A model generated the notes under the pieces. That model was not told the origin of the DNA and searched no databases. It saw only the letters and a program-made list of their open reading frames with translations. Below are positions 41,419 to 50,241 of a stretch of 64,000 nt of DNA, piece by piece. The stretch covers positions 1,728,001-1,792,000 of the forward strand of contig JAXHMG010000003.1 of NCBI GenBank assembly GCA_034521595.1. Reading direction: 5' to 3'. The position numbers were made by a program, and so were the translations under genes. This DNA comes from Gemmatimonadota bacterium. GTDB lineage: Bacteria; Gemmatimonadota; Gemmatimonadetes; Longimicrobiales; Gaopeijiaceae. Within the stretch, counting starts at the first letter, position 1, and every line of letters begins with the position of its first letter.

Positions 41419-43173
41419 TTAACGCACGCCACCTCGCTGAATGATCGCTTCCTGAATCTCGATGTAGGTGTTGGCGTTGCCAGTCAGCTGCGACAGGTTG
41501 ACGTTCACCGATTCGGGATACTCACCGGAGTCCTGCAGGAGCTCCAACGCCCGCCGGAACTTCGGCAACGTCGCCTCGGCCGTTTCCAAGGTCTGGGGCT
41601 CCTGCTCCTGTACGGTCGCCTGGTAGAGGCTGAAGCCGTGCCAGAAGTTGAGCTGGTGGACGAGCTCCTCGGGGAGGTTCGGGATCTCCTTCGCCGCGCT
41701 CAGCCCCTCGATCGCGTACGCATAGTCCTCAACCTGATAACCGTTCTGGTACGCCTCGTTGAAGATCAAGCGGCCGGCCTGCTCCGCCTGCTGCGGGTTC
41801 CCTTCCGCGACGTCCGTTAGAATCTCGACGGCGTCCGGGATACGACCCGCCTGAATCAGCCAATTCCCCTGACGAAGCGCGGCGCTCGGGTGATCGGGGT
41901 TGATCTCGCGTACCCGGTCGAGCGCGGTGATCGCGTCGTCGAGCTGGCCATTCCGCTGCAACGCATCGGCGTAGACCAACCAGATCCGATCCTCCTGGGG
42001 ATGGGTCTCGAGCACCCGCTCACCCATAGCGATAGCATCGTCGAGCTGGCCGAGTTGGATGTAGGCGGAGATGACGTTTCGGAGCTGGCCGACGCCCATC
42101 TCCTCACCCTTCTCTTCATATACCCGCTCGTACGCGTCGATGGCCTCACGGTAGTACTCTGCCGCGGCAGAAGAGAGCTCGCCGCTGTCTTCCTCCGCGG
42201 CACGGACGGACTCGGCCTCCTGGACTTGCAGCGCCGCGGCGAACGCGAAGCCACCGTACTGCTCCCAGAGGTCGACGTTGTCCGGATCGACTTCGAGGCC
42301 GATGTCCAGGAACTGCATCGCACCCACCGGGTCGCCCGCCTGAGCGAGCTCATAGGCGATCCGCATCCGGATCTGGGCATTCCCGGGCTGTAGCTCCAGA
42401 AACTGGGAGTAGTATTCACGCGCCAGATCGTTCTGATCGGTCGTCGCCGCGATATAGCCCGCGAGCTGGAGCGCGTCCTCGTGGACCGGATCCTGCTCGA
42501 GGACGGTGTCCAGCTCTTCGAGAGCGGTCGAGTAGTCCTCCATCTCATAGTAGATGCGGGCGCGCCGGTACAGAACGCTGGTCGCATCCGGGTTGATCTC
42601 GAGCGCTTCGTTGCAGTTCCGGAGGGCGTTCTCCCACTGCTGGCTCGACGCGTAGTCCGCGCAGATCGCCGCGGCACGAACCTGGCTGTTGTACCTGTCG
42701 AAGGCCTGAAAGACCCGCTGGGCCGCTTCCTCGCGGTCGTCCTTGCCGATGGTGAACTCGTCGACGTCGAACGACTCGCTGGCGCTGATGTTCCACACCG
42801 CAGCATTCACCACCATGGTCTCATCCGGCTGCTCGGTGTAGGTCGCACAGACCGCGATCGGCGCATCCATCTGAGACGCGAGCTGGCGCGTCCGGATGCA
42901 GTTGAGCTCGTCCATGTTCACGCCCACGTCGTCCGCCGCGTCTTCGATGTCGTCCTTCGAGATCGCGCGGTGGGTCGACATGCCGTCCAGCAGTTCCCGT
43001 AGCTCCTCCGATACGTCTTCGCCGAAGCCGTCGTCGGCATCCTCGAGAGGCTCGAAATACGGAACCAGGACGCGGAATCGTCCGCCGTCCTGGGCCTCGG
43101 CAGCAGTAGCCGGTCCGAAGACCACGGCCGCCAGCGCCAGTATCAAGGTCGTCTTCAACCGTCCGAGCATCAT
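41419..43173 (-). CDS. Exported acidic tetratricopeptide-repeat protein
   Basis: Signal peptide (…ATAAEAQ) and repeated TPR-like helices ending in 'P' turns (EINPD, EQDPV, ELQPG, EVDPD). Confidence 0.8.
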   Translation of the reverse strand: MMLGRLKTTLILALAAVVFGPATAAEAQDGGRFRVLVPYFEPLEDADDGFGEDVSEELRELLDGMSTHRAISKDDIEDAADDVGVNMDELNCIRTRQLASQMDAPIAVCATYTEQPDETMVVNAAVWNISASESFDVDEFTIGKDDREEAAQRVFQAFDRYNSQVRAAAICADYASSQQWENALRNCNEALEINPDATSVLYRRARIYYEMEDYSTALEELDTVLEQDPVHEDALQLAGYIAATTDQNDLAREYYSQFLELQPGNAQIRMRIAYELAQAGDPVGAMQFLDIGLEVDPDNVDLWEQYGGFAFAAALQVQEAESVRAAEEDSGELSSAAAEYYREAIDAYERVYEEKGEEMGVGQLRNVISAYIQLGQLDDAIAMGERVLETHPQEDRIWLVYADALQRNGQLDDAITALDRVREINPDHPSAALRQGNWLIQAGRIPDAVEILTDVAEGNPQQAEQAGRLIFNEAYQNGYQVEDYAYAIEGLSAAKEIPNLPEELVHQLNFWHGFSLYQATVQEQEPQTLETAEATLPKFRRALELLQDSGEYPESVNVNLSQLTGNANTYIEIQEAIIQRGGVR

Positions 43174-43461
43174 TCCTCTCCCCGGGGATTCCCCGTCTTG
43201 GTCTCGGTCCACACCGCGCGGACCCCGTCCGGTCCGGCTACCGGACTGTTTCGTTGTGTGACATACATAACCCGACCAGGGGCAGGAGGTTCAATCGCCC
43301 CCGCCCTTGGCCAGAGATGATCGCGGCACAAAGTACGGTAGGCCTTGTCGGTCGCGCCAGGGGTAAGCACCTGCTTCCCGGGCGGGCCGTCGCCCCTTCA
43401 TCGAGCGCCGGACCTCCGACACATGTACAGCCCTCAACCTTCGAGGTTTCAATCGCCGACG

Positions 43462-43887
43462 TCACTCGAAGGGGCCGTCGAACGTCTCCAGCACCGTCCG
43501 CAAGTCGCTCGAAAGCCGTACCGAGCGTTCCGATTCGTAGTCGAACATGACCTGCACGGTCTCGCCGCTCACCAGGAGATCACCCGCGTCGGAGCGGACC
43601 TCGTACTGGATTTCGAAGTGCTTGCGACCGAGGCGGCTCACCCGTACGCCGACATCCACGGTCTGTGGCCACAGCACGCGCTGGTGCCACCGGATGCGTG
43701 CTTCGGCGAGAACGTAGTCAACGTCACCGAGCTCGCCTCGTCCCACGACCTCCCGCCAATACGCCCATCGCGCTTCTTCGAAGTACATGAGGGCTTCCGA
43801 ATGGTGGGCGTGGCCTCCGACGTCGATGTCCCGAAATCGCACCGGCACGGGATGATGGAACCGGAACTGCGCGCTCGAGTCGGACAC
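43462..43887 (-). CDS. Acyl-CoA thioesterase (hotdog fold, YbgC/FadM-like)
   Basis: VRFRDIDVGGHAHH and YFEEARW. GTG start at 43887 preceded by AGGAGGAGG. Confidence 0.85.
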   Translation of the reverse strand: MSDSSAQFRFHHPVPVRFRDIDVGGHAHHSEALMYFEEARWAYWREVVGRGELGDVDYVLAEARIRWHQRVLWPQTVDVGVRVSRLGRKHFEIQYEVRSDAGDLLVSGETVQVMFDYESERSVRLSSDLRTVLETFDGPFE

Positions 43888-44058
43888 GGAGCCTCCTCCT
43901 TCGGGTACAGGGCCGGAACCGGAGGCCGCGTGGCCGGAACCGGCTCGTGGGAACACCGATCTTCTCACACCCGGAGGCGGCGCGGAACCCTTTCTCCGGA
44001 ATCGGCTCCCCGAATAGCTTGGAATCGACGTACGAGCTTCCATGCGAGATGAGGGATC

Positions 44059-44931
44059 ATGGTCCAGCGCACGTGTGACGCGGAGAGGCATCGGCGGGAT
44101 CGTCGGGAACCCGGCCCGTTCGACCGGAGCCGTGCGGGGGGTGCCATCGTCCTGGCCTGTCTGGCATGGTGGGGGTGTGCGGGTGGAGCTCCCCGCCCGG
44201 ACACCGGTACGGAGCTGGCGGAGTGGCAAGCACTGGCGACGGCCCGCCCGACACCAACGCCCGGAGCGCCGAGCGTCGCCCTCGGAACCATCGAGCTGCT
44301 CGGCACCACGAACTGGGACCTGCCGAGCTCCCTTCAGCCTACGGTGGTTGTCTCCGAGCTCGTCACGGTCGGACTCCTGCCGCGCACGGATCTCGAGTTC
44401 GTCGAGCGGCGTCGGTTCACGGCCGCGGTGGAAGCCGAGAGCCGAGGCACGAGCAGGCCGAACGCACCGCCCGCGGGTGTCTCCGAGCAACCGGAGCTCG
44501 TGCTGTCCTTCACCTGGACGGACCTGGAAGGAACGGGGGGCACCTTGGAGATGCGCCTTACGGATTCCGGCACGGGCGCCGTGCGTGACGCCTGGCGACG
44601 GACCGTCCCTGCGGAAGCCGAGCCGGTAACCCTCGCGCGGCACGTGACCTCCGGCCTCGTGGAGCGGCTGGAGGCCCTCGACCTCCTCGCCGAGCCGATG
44701 GGCGACCCCGGGCGGTCCGCGTCCACGGTGAACGCCCGGTCGGATGTCACGGACCAGGCGTTCCGTCATTTCGCACGGGGGCTGGCCGCGGAAGAGCAGT
44801 GGCGATGGGACCGAGCCAAAGCCGGTTACGAGTCTGCTCTCTCCGCGGACTCGACCTTCGCCGAGGCCCGTGCCGCGCTCGCGCGGACAGCTCGACTACG
44901 GCTCGGTGGCACGCTCGCGGACAGCGAGTGA
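44059..44931 (+). CDS. Hypothetical lipoprotein (CsgG/TolB-N-like domain plus TPR-like end)
   Basis: GAGGGA RBS, hydrophobic stretch ending in Cys, 'FVERR' segment and C-terminal 'AFRHFARGL...D.TFAEARAAL'. Confidence 0.55.
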   Translation: MVQRTCDAERHRRDRREPGPFDRSRAGGAIVLACLAWWGCAGGAPRPDTGTELAEWQALATARPTPTPGAPSVALGTIELLGTTNWDLPSSLQPTVVVSELVTVGLLPRTDLEFVERRRFTAAVEAESRGTSRPNAPPAGVSEQPELVLSFTWTDLEGTGGTLEMRLTDSGTGAVRDAWRRTVPAEAEPVTLARHVTSGLVERLEALDLLAEPMGDPGRSASTVNARSDVTDQAFRHFARGLAAEEQWRWDRAKAGYESALSADSTFAEARAALARTARLRLGGTLADSE

Positions 44932-44960
44932 ACCGAGCGACCGCTCAGCTCGGTCTACGG

Positions 44961-45986
44961 CTACCCACGACTACGCAAGCGGATGCCGCCGGACCCGGTA
45001 TCGATCGACAGGGTCCCGCCACCGTCTCCGATGCGCCCCCGCAACTCGTCTCGACGCACGGTACGAAGCTCGACGGGGAGGTCCACGTCGATCCGGCCAC
45101 TCCCCGTCTCCATCTCGACCTCCGCCCCGAAGTCGGCCGGGACGGTGACCGTGACCGAGCCCGAGCCCGTATCCACCAGCAGCCGCTCCACATCCGTCAG
45201 CAGCTCGATCTCAACGGAACCGCTCCCGGTATCCACCTCGACTTCCCTGCTCCTCACGCCCCTCATCCGGACGCTCCCCGAACCCGTGTCGGCCCACAGC
45301 GAGGGAGCCTCGACGTCCTGCACCGTGATCGACCCCGAGCCCGTGTCGAGCACCACCTCGCCGCCCGAGAGGCGTTCGGCTTCGATGCTCCCGGAGCCGG
45401 TGTCCACGCCGACACGTCCTCGGATGTCGGACAACGTCACCCGTCCCGAGCCCGTGTCGATCCGCATATCACCTTCCACTCCATGGGCTTCCACTCCACC
45501 CACGGCCAAATACACTCCGATCCTTCGACCGGCGGGGACCTCGATCACCAGGTCGGCCCACGCTTCCATGCCGCTACCCGATCCCCGGATCCGCACACGG
45601 TCACCACTACCGCTCCGTCCGTCCGAGAACGTACCGTCGGGCCGCACGGTCCGGGTCGTCGTCGATCCGCGTCCCATCTCCGGATAGACCACCTCGGCCG
45701 CCGGGTAGACGATCCGCAACGTCTCGCGTCCCCCGATCCGTCCGGTCTCCACCGCGAGGCGATCCGCATCCCGTCCCTCGCGCGCGGCTCGCACCACCAC
45801 GTCGGGTCCGTTCCCGGAGACGATCTCGACCCGTCCCGCGAGGTTGTAGATCGCGACATCGTCTCCCGACAACCGCGCTACGTCTTGGGCGTCGGCCGAG
45901 ATGGCCGTGCTCGTCAGCAGGATGCCGAGGGCCGTGATCCCAACCCGCGCCGTCCCGGCGCTCCTGATCCACCTTCGTCCCAACAT
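44961..45986 (-). CDS. DUF4097 (toast-rack/beta-strand repeat) exported protein
   Basis: AGGAGG RBS before ATG 45986, signal peptide and eight (D/E)TGSG repeats. Confidence 0.8.
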   Translation of the reverse strand: MLGRRWIRSAGTARVGITALGILLTSTAISADAQDVARLSGDDVAIYNLAGRVEIVSGNGPDVVVRAAREGRDADRLAVETGRIGGRETLRIVYPAAEVVYPEMGRGSTTTRTVRPDGTFSDGRSGSGDRVRIRGSGSGMEAWADLVIEVPAGRRIGVYLAVGGVEAHGVEGDMRIDTGSGRVTLSDIRGRVGVDTGSGSIEAERLSGGEVVLDTGSGSITVQDVEAPSLWADTGSGSVRMRGVRSREVEVDTGSGSVEIELLTDVERLLVDTGSGSVTVTVPADFGAEVEMETGSGRIDVDLPVELRTVRRDELRGRIGDGGGTLSIDTGSGGIRLRSRG

Positions 45987-45997
45987 GCCGCACCTCC

Positions 45998-46717
45998 TCA
46001 TCGGATTCGAATCGAACCGTTGACGGTCTTCACCCGCAGCACCGGTCCCCCGGCGCCGAGCGTTCCACTCGCCCGCCCGCGACCCATCCGCCCCGTGATC
46101 GTGATCGGGAGATCGGAGTCCAGGCCACCGTTGAGCCATCGTACGTCGAGGTCCGCGTCGAGGTCGTCGGGCAGATCGAGCCGAATGCGGCCGTTCACCG
46201 TCTCGAAGCTCACGTCTTCGCGGAGGGTTCCGCCCATGCGCACATCGATGGAGCCGTTGACCGTCCGGCCCCGGAACGGAACGTCGCTCGGCACCTCGAC
46301 CCTGAACTCGACTTCCACGTCGTTGCGGCGGGTGTTCATGCGTCCTCCCGATCCGGGCTCGCAGGTGTTCTCGGCTTCGCCGGAAGGGGTCGGGTACATC
46401 GCACAGAAAGTGATTCCTCCGGCATGCTCCACCCTTTCGATCCGCACGCTAGCCGGGTCACTCCGCCGCCCCCGGAACGTCGCGGTCACGACGGCTTCGG
46501 AGCCGCCGGCCGCCTCCGCACGGATGGCGCCGTTCACGCCCTTGATCTCCAAGGTCCCTCCGGCCGGCACCTCGCCCCGCCACGTATACCGCGCCCGGTC
46601 GACTCCGTCATCGCCGGAAGCGTCGTCCGCCGAAGCTTGAGCCGCCGCACACCCCGCAGCCCCCAAGAGCCCCAGGATCGTCGCCCCCAGCGCCCACATC
46701 GTCCCGGCACGGCGCAT
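45998..46717 (-). CDS. DUF4097-like exported protein/lipoprotein
   Basis: Signal or lipobox AAGC and repeated (T/G)VNG motifs, ending TVNGSIRIR. Start uncertain. Confidence 0.75.
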   Translation of the reverse strand: MRRAGTMWALGATILGLLGAAGCAAAQASADDASGDDGVDRARYTWRGEVPAGGTLEIKGVNGAIRAEAAGGSEAVVTATFRGRRSDPASVRIERVEHAGGITFCAMYPTPSGEAENTCEPGSGGRMNTRRNDVEVEFRVEVPSDVPFRGRTVNGSIDVRMGGTLREDVSFETVNGRIRLDLPDDLDADLDVRWLNGGLDSDLPITITGRMGRGRASGTLGAGGPVLRVKTVNGSIRIR

Positions 46718-46763
46718 TGCGTCACCCCGGGCCGTCTCCATCCGTCTGCTTCCCGTCCTCATC

Positions 46764-47606
46764 TCATCCTCCCTGCAACAGTTGGATCTCGCCGTCGAAC
46801 GCTTCGACGATCACTTCGGCATCGCCGCCCCCCAGCGTGAACTCGAAGCTTCGCCCACTCGTGAACTCCGACACCTTCACCGGGAAATCGGACTCGAACG
46901 TCCCGTGAAAGGTCGAGACGCGCACCCGGGCGCTGGGGTTTGGCGACAGCACGAGCCGCGCATCACCGCTGTGGAGAAAGAAGCGATACGCTCCGCCGGC
47001 CAGAATCTCCCCGGAGAACCGGATATCCCCGGCCTGCACTTCCCCACGCACCCGTTCGCTTCGGATGGCGTCGAGGCGCACGTCACCGCTCACCGTCCGC
47101 GCTTCGACGGGACCGGTGGCCCCCCGCACCCGGATATCGTCCGTCTTGGTCGATAGCGTCAGCGACCCCGTGGCGTCGTCCACCCTGATCTCACCCTGTA
47201 CCGTGTTGACCCGCACCGGGCCACGCGCACCCACGACCTCGACATCTCCCGAGATGTTCCGGACGTCCACGGATCCCGCCATCCCGCGCACCGATACGTC
47301 CAGCCGGCGGCCTTCGATCTCGACGTCCACCCAATCCGGCAAGCGGATGGAGAGCTCGACGAAACGGTCACCTCGCCTCGTGTCCGAGCCGCCCACGATC
47401 ACGCGCCCCCCCGAGCGACGGACGGCCACTCGGTCCGCCCGTCCCCCTTCGGAGACTTCCATGTGATCGTCCGCGCCGGCCTCGACCGAGACCGCGCCGG
47501 CGATATTCCGAACCACGACACGATCACCCGGACGCATCGCGAGCACGGTGTCGGCCGCCTCGCCCCCGCACCACGCCAGGGCACAAGCAAGCAGGAGCGC
47601 GGTCAT
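46764..47606 (-). CDS. DUF4097-like exported protein
   Basis: Repeated 'xxSGD(V/I)' beta-strand units and a hydrophobic N-terminus. Overlaps the anti-sigma stop by 4 bp. Confidence 0.75.
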   Translation of the reverse strand: MTALLLACALAWCGGEAADTVLAMRPGDRVVVRNIAGAVSVEAGADDHMEVSEGGRADRVAVRRSGGRVIVGGSDTRRGDRFVELSIRLPDWVDVEIEGRRLDVSVRGMAGSVDVRNISGDVEVVGARGPVRVNTVQGEIRVDDATGSLTLSTKTDDIRVRGATGPVEARTVSGDVRLDAIRSERVRGEVQAGDIRFSGEILAGGAYRFFLHSGDARLVLSPNPSARVRVSTFHGTFESDFPVKVSEFTSGRSFEFTLGGGDAEVIVEAFDGEIQLLQGG

Positions 47607-48334
47607 CCGGCCCTGTCCACAATCCGCGAGACCTCTCGCAGGTACTCGAGCTTCCGCTCGTAGGTGCGCTCGAGGTGCCCACGGAGAAACTCGTTCTCGG
47701 GATCGAGCGCGAGTGCCCGATACGAGTCCTCGATGGCTCGCTCGATCACCAGAAGGTTCCGCTCGAGCACGTCCACGGTGTTGGGATCGAGTCGTTCACG
47801 ACCTTCGTCCAGCGCCGCTTCGAGCACCGACAGCTCCCGAACCAGCTCCTCGGTCAGGGGCACGTCCACGGGAACCGAGGCGACGCTCACCGCGCCGGCG
47901 GGCACGCTCGGTCCGTCCGCGGCGGACGGCGCGCCCAGGCTACCCCGGGCCCACCACGCGGCGGACGCCGAGAGTGTCACCAACGCCACCGCGGCCGCGG
48001 CGAGCCGGGGTACGCTCCCCATCCACCGGATCCGACGCCGCGCAGCGGAGGGGCGGGCCGTTGCGTGAACGGCCGGCTCGGACGCGCGCACCCGGCCCTC
48101 GATTCCGTCCTCGAGCCTCGACACGATCTCCGGCCAGAGGTCGCGAGGCGGCTCGACGGGCCCCAACGAGCGGGCCTCATGCGCGATGCGGGCCAAGTCC
48201 GCGCACGCTTCCATGCAGCGGGCACACTCCACCAGATGAGATTCCACGACATCCCGTTCGGAGGTCGGAAGCGTGCCATCGAGGTGCTCGGAGAGGCGTT
48301 CGAGCACCCATTCGTGTCGGTTCTCGTGCATCAT
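47603..48334 (-). CDS. Zinc-finger (HxxxCxxC) transmembrane anti-sigma factor
   Basis: LSEHLDG...HLVECARC, one TM helix and a helical extracytoplasmic C-terminus. Translationally coupled to the sigma gene. Confidence 0.85.
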   Translation of the reverse strand: MMHENRHEWVLERLSEHLDGTLPTSERDVVESHLVECARCMEACADLARIAHEARSLGPVEPPRDLWPEIVSRLEDGIEGRVRASEPAVHATARPSAARRRIRWMGSVPRLAAAAVALVTLSASAAWWARGSLGAPSAADGPSVPAGAVSVASVPVDVPLTEELVRELSVLEAALDEGRERLDPNTVDVLERNLLVIERAIEDSYRALALDPENEFLRGHLERTYERKLEYLREVSRIVDRAG

Positions 48335-48855
48335 CGTTCCAGGTACTCCCGCATCAACATGCGCGCCCGGTGCAGCTGGGATTTGGACGTTCCCACGGAC
48401 ACGCCCATGAGCTCCGATATCTCCTCGTGGGTGTAGCCCTCGACGTCGTACAACACGAACACCTCCCGTGCGCGAGCCGGCAACGTTCGCATCGCGGCTT
48501 CCAGATCCAGGCGCGCGCCGGGGTGGCCGGGCCGCGGCTCGGCCGCGAGCGCCACCACCTCGTCCCCGCCACCGTGCTTTGCCTGGCGGCCACGGAGGGT
48601 GTTGCGGCGAGTGATGATCAAATTCACCGCGAGCCGGTGAAGCCAGGTCCCGAATCGCGCTCGCCCCGCGAACGTGCCGAGCTTGCGCCACGCACGGATG
48701 AACACCTCCTGGGTCAAGTCCTCTGCCCACTCCTCGCCGATCAGGCGCAACGCCAACGCGTATACCCGCCCGACATGGGCGCGATAGAGCCGCTCGAACG
48801 CCCGGGTGTCCCCTTCCACCGCCCGGCGCACGTCGTCCTCTTCCCGCTCCGTCAC
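48331..48855 (-). CDS. ECF RNA polymerase sigma factor
   Basis: GDTRAFERLY, AEDLTQEVF, FGTWLHR, and region 4 'GYTHEEISELMGVSVGTSKSQLHRAR'. Start uncertain (48855 or 48870). Confidence 0.93.
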   Translation of the reverse strand: MTEREEDDVRRAVEGDTRAFERLYRAHVGRVYALALRLIGEEWAEDLTQEVFIRAWRKLGTFAGRARFGTWLHRLAVNLIITRRNTLRGRQAKHGGGDEVVALAAEPRPGHPGARLDLEAAMRTLPARAREVFVLYDVEGYTHEEISELMGVSVGTSKSQLHRARMLMREYLER

Positions 48856-48913
48856 CGCCGTCGCGCCCACGAGCCTCCCGTGCTGGGGCTCCTCCGAGGA
48901 TCGTTCCCCCCCT

Positions 48914-48941
48914 GAGACGGGGCGATGCCAGCCGGGGTTGG
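48914..48941 (-). promoter_or_regulatory. Candidate ECF-type autoregulatory promoter (CAAC-N17-CGTC)
   Basis: Minus strand reads CCAAC-cccggctggcatcgccc-CGTCTC just upstream of the sigma gene and its GGAGGAG. Confidence 0.5.
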
Positions 48942-49081
48942 AATCCGACCGGGCCCGACCGTTGCGCGGGCCTTGGGACGGAAGCACGATGCACGCAGAA
49001 TGGCATCCTTCACAGGAGCCTTCCTCGGCACGCCGGCGCTGCGGCCGGCAGTGCCACGGACCCCCCCAACTCGGCCGCGCC

Positions 49082-49411
49082 ATGCAGATTCTCCCGATCG
49101 ACGTCACCGCGCTCGTCGCCACCATCCTGGGCATCTCCGTCATCCTGGTTCCCGTCATCGGCGTCACGGCCCGGTTCGCGCTCAAGCCCACCGCGGAAGC
49201 TATGTCCCGCTTTTTCGATCATCAGGGGCTCGGAGAGACCGTCCGCGTGCTCGAGCGGCGGATCGACTTCCAGGAGCAACAGATCGAGGCGCTCGAAGCT
49301 TCCCTCCGCCGTATCAGCGAAGGGAGTGAGTTCGACCGAAAGCTCCTCGAAGCCCACGGAGAGTCGACCCTCGAGAACGTCCCTCCGGCTTCCCCTACGG
49401 AGTCCGAGTAG
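49082..49411 (+). CDS. Small single-TM coiled-coil membrane protein
   Basis: Long hydrophobic N-terminal helix, then a heptad-like LERRIDFQEQQIEALEASLRRI segment. Confidence 0.7.
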   Translation: MQILPIDVTALVATILGISVILVPVIGVTARFALKPTAEAMSRFFDHQGLGETVRVLERRIDFQEQQIEALEASLRRISEGSEFDRKLLEAHGESTLENVPPASPTESE

Positions 49412-49429
49412 GTTCGAGATTCACGAGTC

Positions 49430-50194
49430 ATGAATCGATTCGGATTCGCCGGTAGAGCGGAGATCATCGCGCATCGTGGCTTCAGCGCGCGGGCGCCGGA
49501 AAACACCCTGGCCGCACTGTCCGCCGCCATCGAAGCCGGAGCCGACGCCGTGGAGTTCGACCTCCAGGTGACCCGTGACGGAGTGCCCGTTCTCTTTCAC
49601 GACGACAGCCTCGACCGGACCACGGACGGCACGGGGACGCTCGCGGATCGCTCCATGGATGAGCTCCGGACGCTCGACGCGGGATCGTGGTTCGACCCCT
49701 CGTTCGCGGGAGAACCGGTCCCCGCGCTCGCCGAGGCCCTGGCGCTGCTCGAAGCGTGGCCCGGCCGCATCTATCCCGAGCTCAAGGACCCCACCCCACT
49801 CGAGCATGTGGACCGCATCGTCGCGGAAGTCGTGAGTCAGGATCTCCTCGAGCGTACCGTGTTCATCACCATGGACTGGTCGCTCCTCGAGCGCGTGCGC
49901 GAGCGGGCTCCCAAGGCCGGGATCGGCTATATCGTGCGTCGCGCCAGCCAGACGGAGGAAGCGCTCGTCAGAGCGGCCGGCGACCCACTCGCCCTGCTCG
50001 ACTTCGACAAGGCGGTCGCGCTACGGGACCGCGACGCGACCGGCCGGGCGCGCGCGCTCGGCATCCCCATGGCCGCGTGGACGGTCGACGACCCGGACGA
50101 CGCCACCCGCCTCGTTGACGCGGGCGTCGAGCGCATCACGACGAACCGGGTGGATCGGATGGTCGCGTGGAAAGCGGAGCAGGCACCGGGCTGA
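49430..50194 (+). CDS. Glycerophosphodiester phosphodiesterase
   Basis: IAHRG, APENT, EFD, HD and AWTVD motifs. Confidence 0.93.
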   Translation: MNRFGFAGRAEIIAHRGFSARAPENTLAALSAAIEAGADAVEFDLQVTRDGVPVLFHDDSLDRTTDGTGTLADRSMDELRTLDAGSWFDPSFAGEPVPALAEALALLEAWPGRIYPELKDPTPLEHVDRIVAEVVSQDLLERTVFITMDWSLLERVRERAPKAGIGYIVRRASQTEEALVRAAGDPLALLDFDKAVALRDRDATGRARALGIPMAAWTVDDPDDATRLVDAGVERITTNRVDRMVAWKAEQAPG

Positions 50195-50241
50195 GCGCGC
50201 CAAGCGCGCACCAACCACCCGCGAACGGCTTCAGAGCCCGC

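Noticed and set aside
44985..45465. Spaced DNA repeats resembling a CRISPR array
   Set aside because: The repeats are short, degenerate, in frame and encode DTGSG motifs. No cas genes are present.
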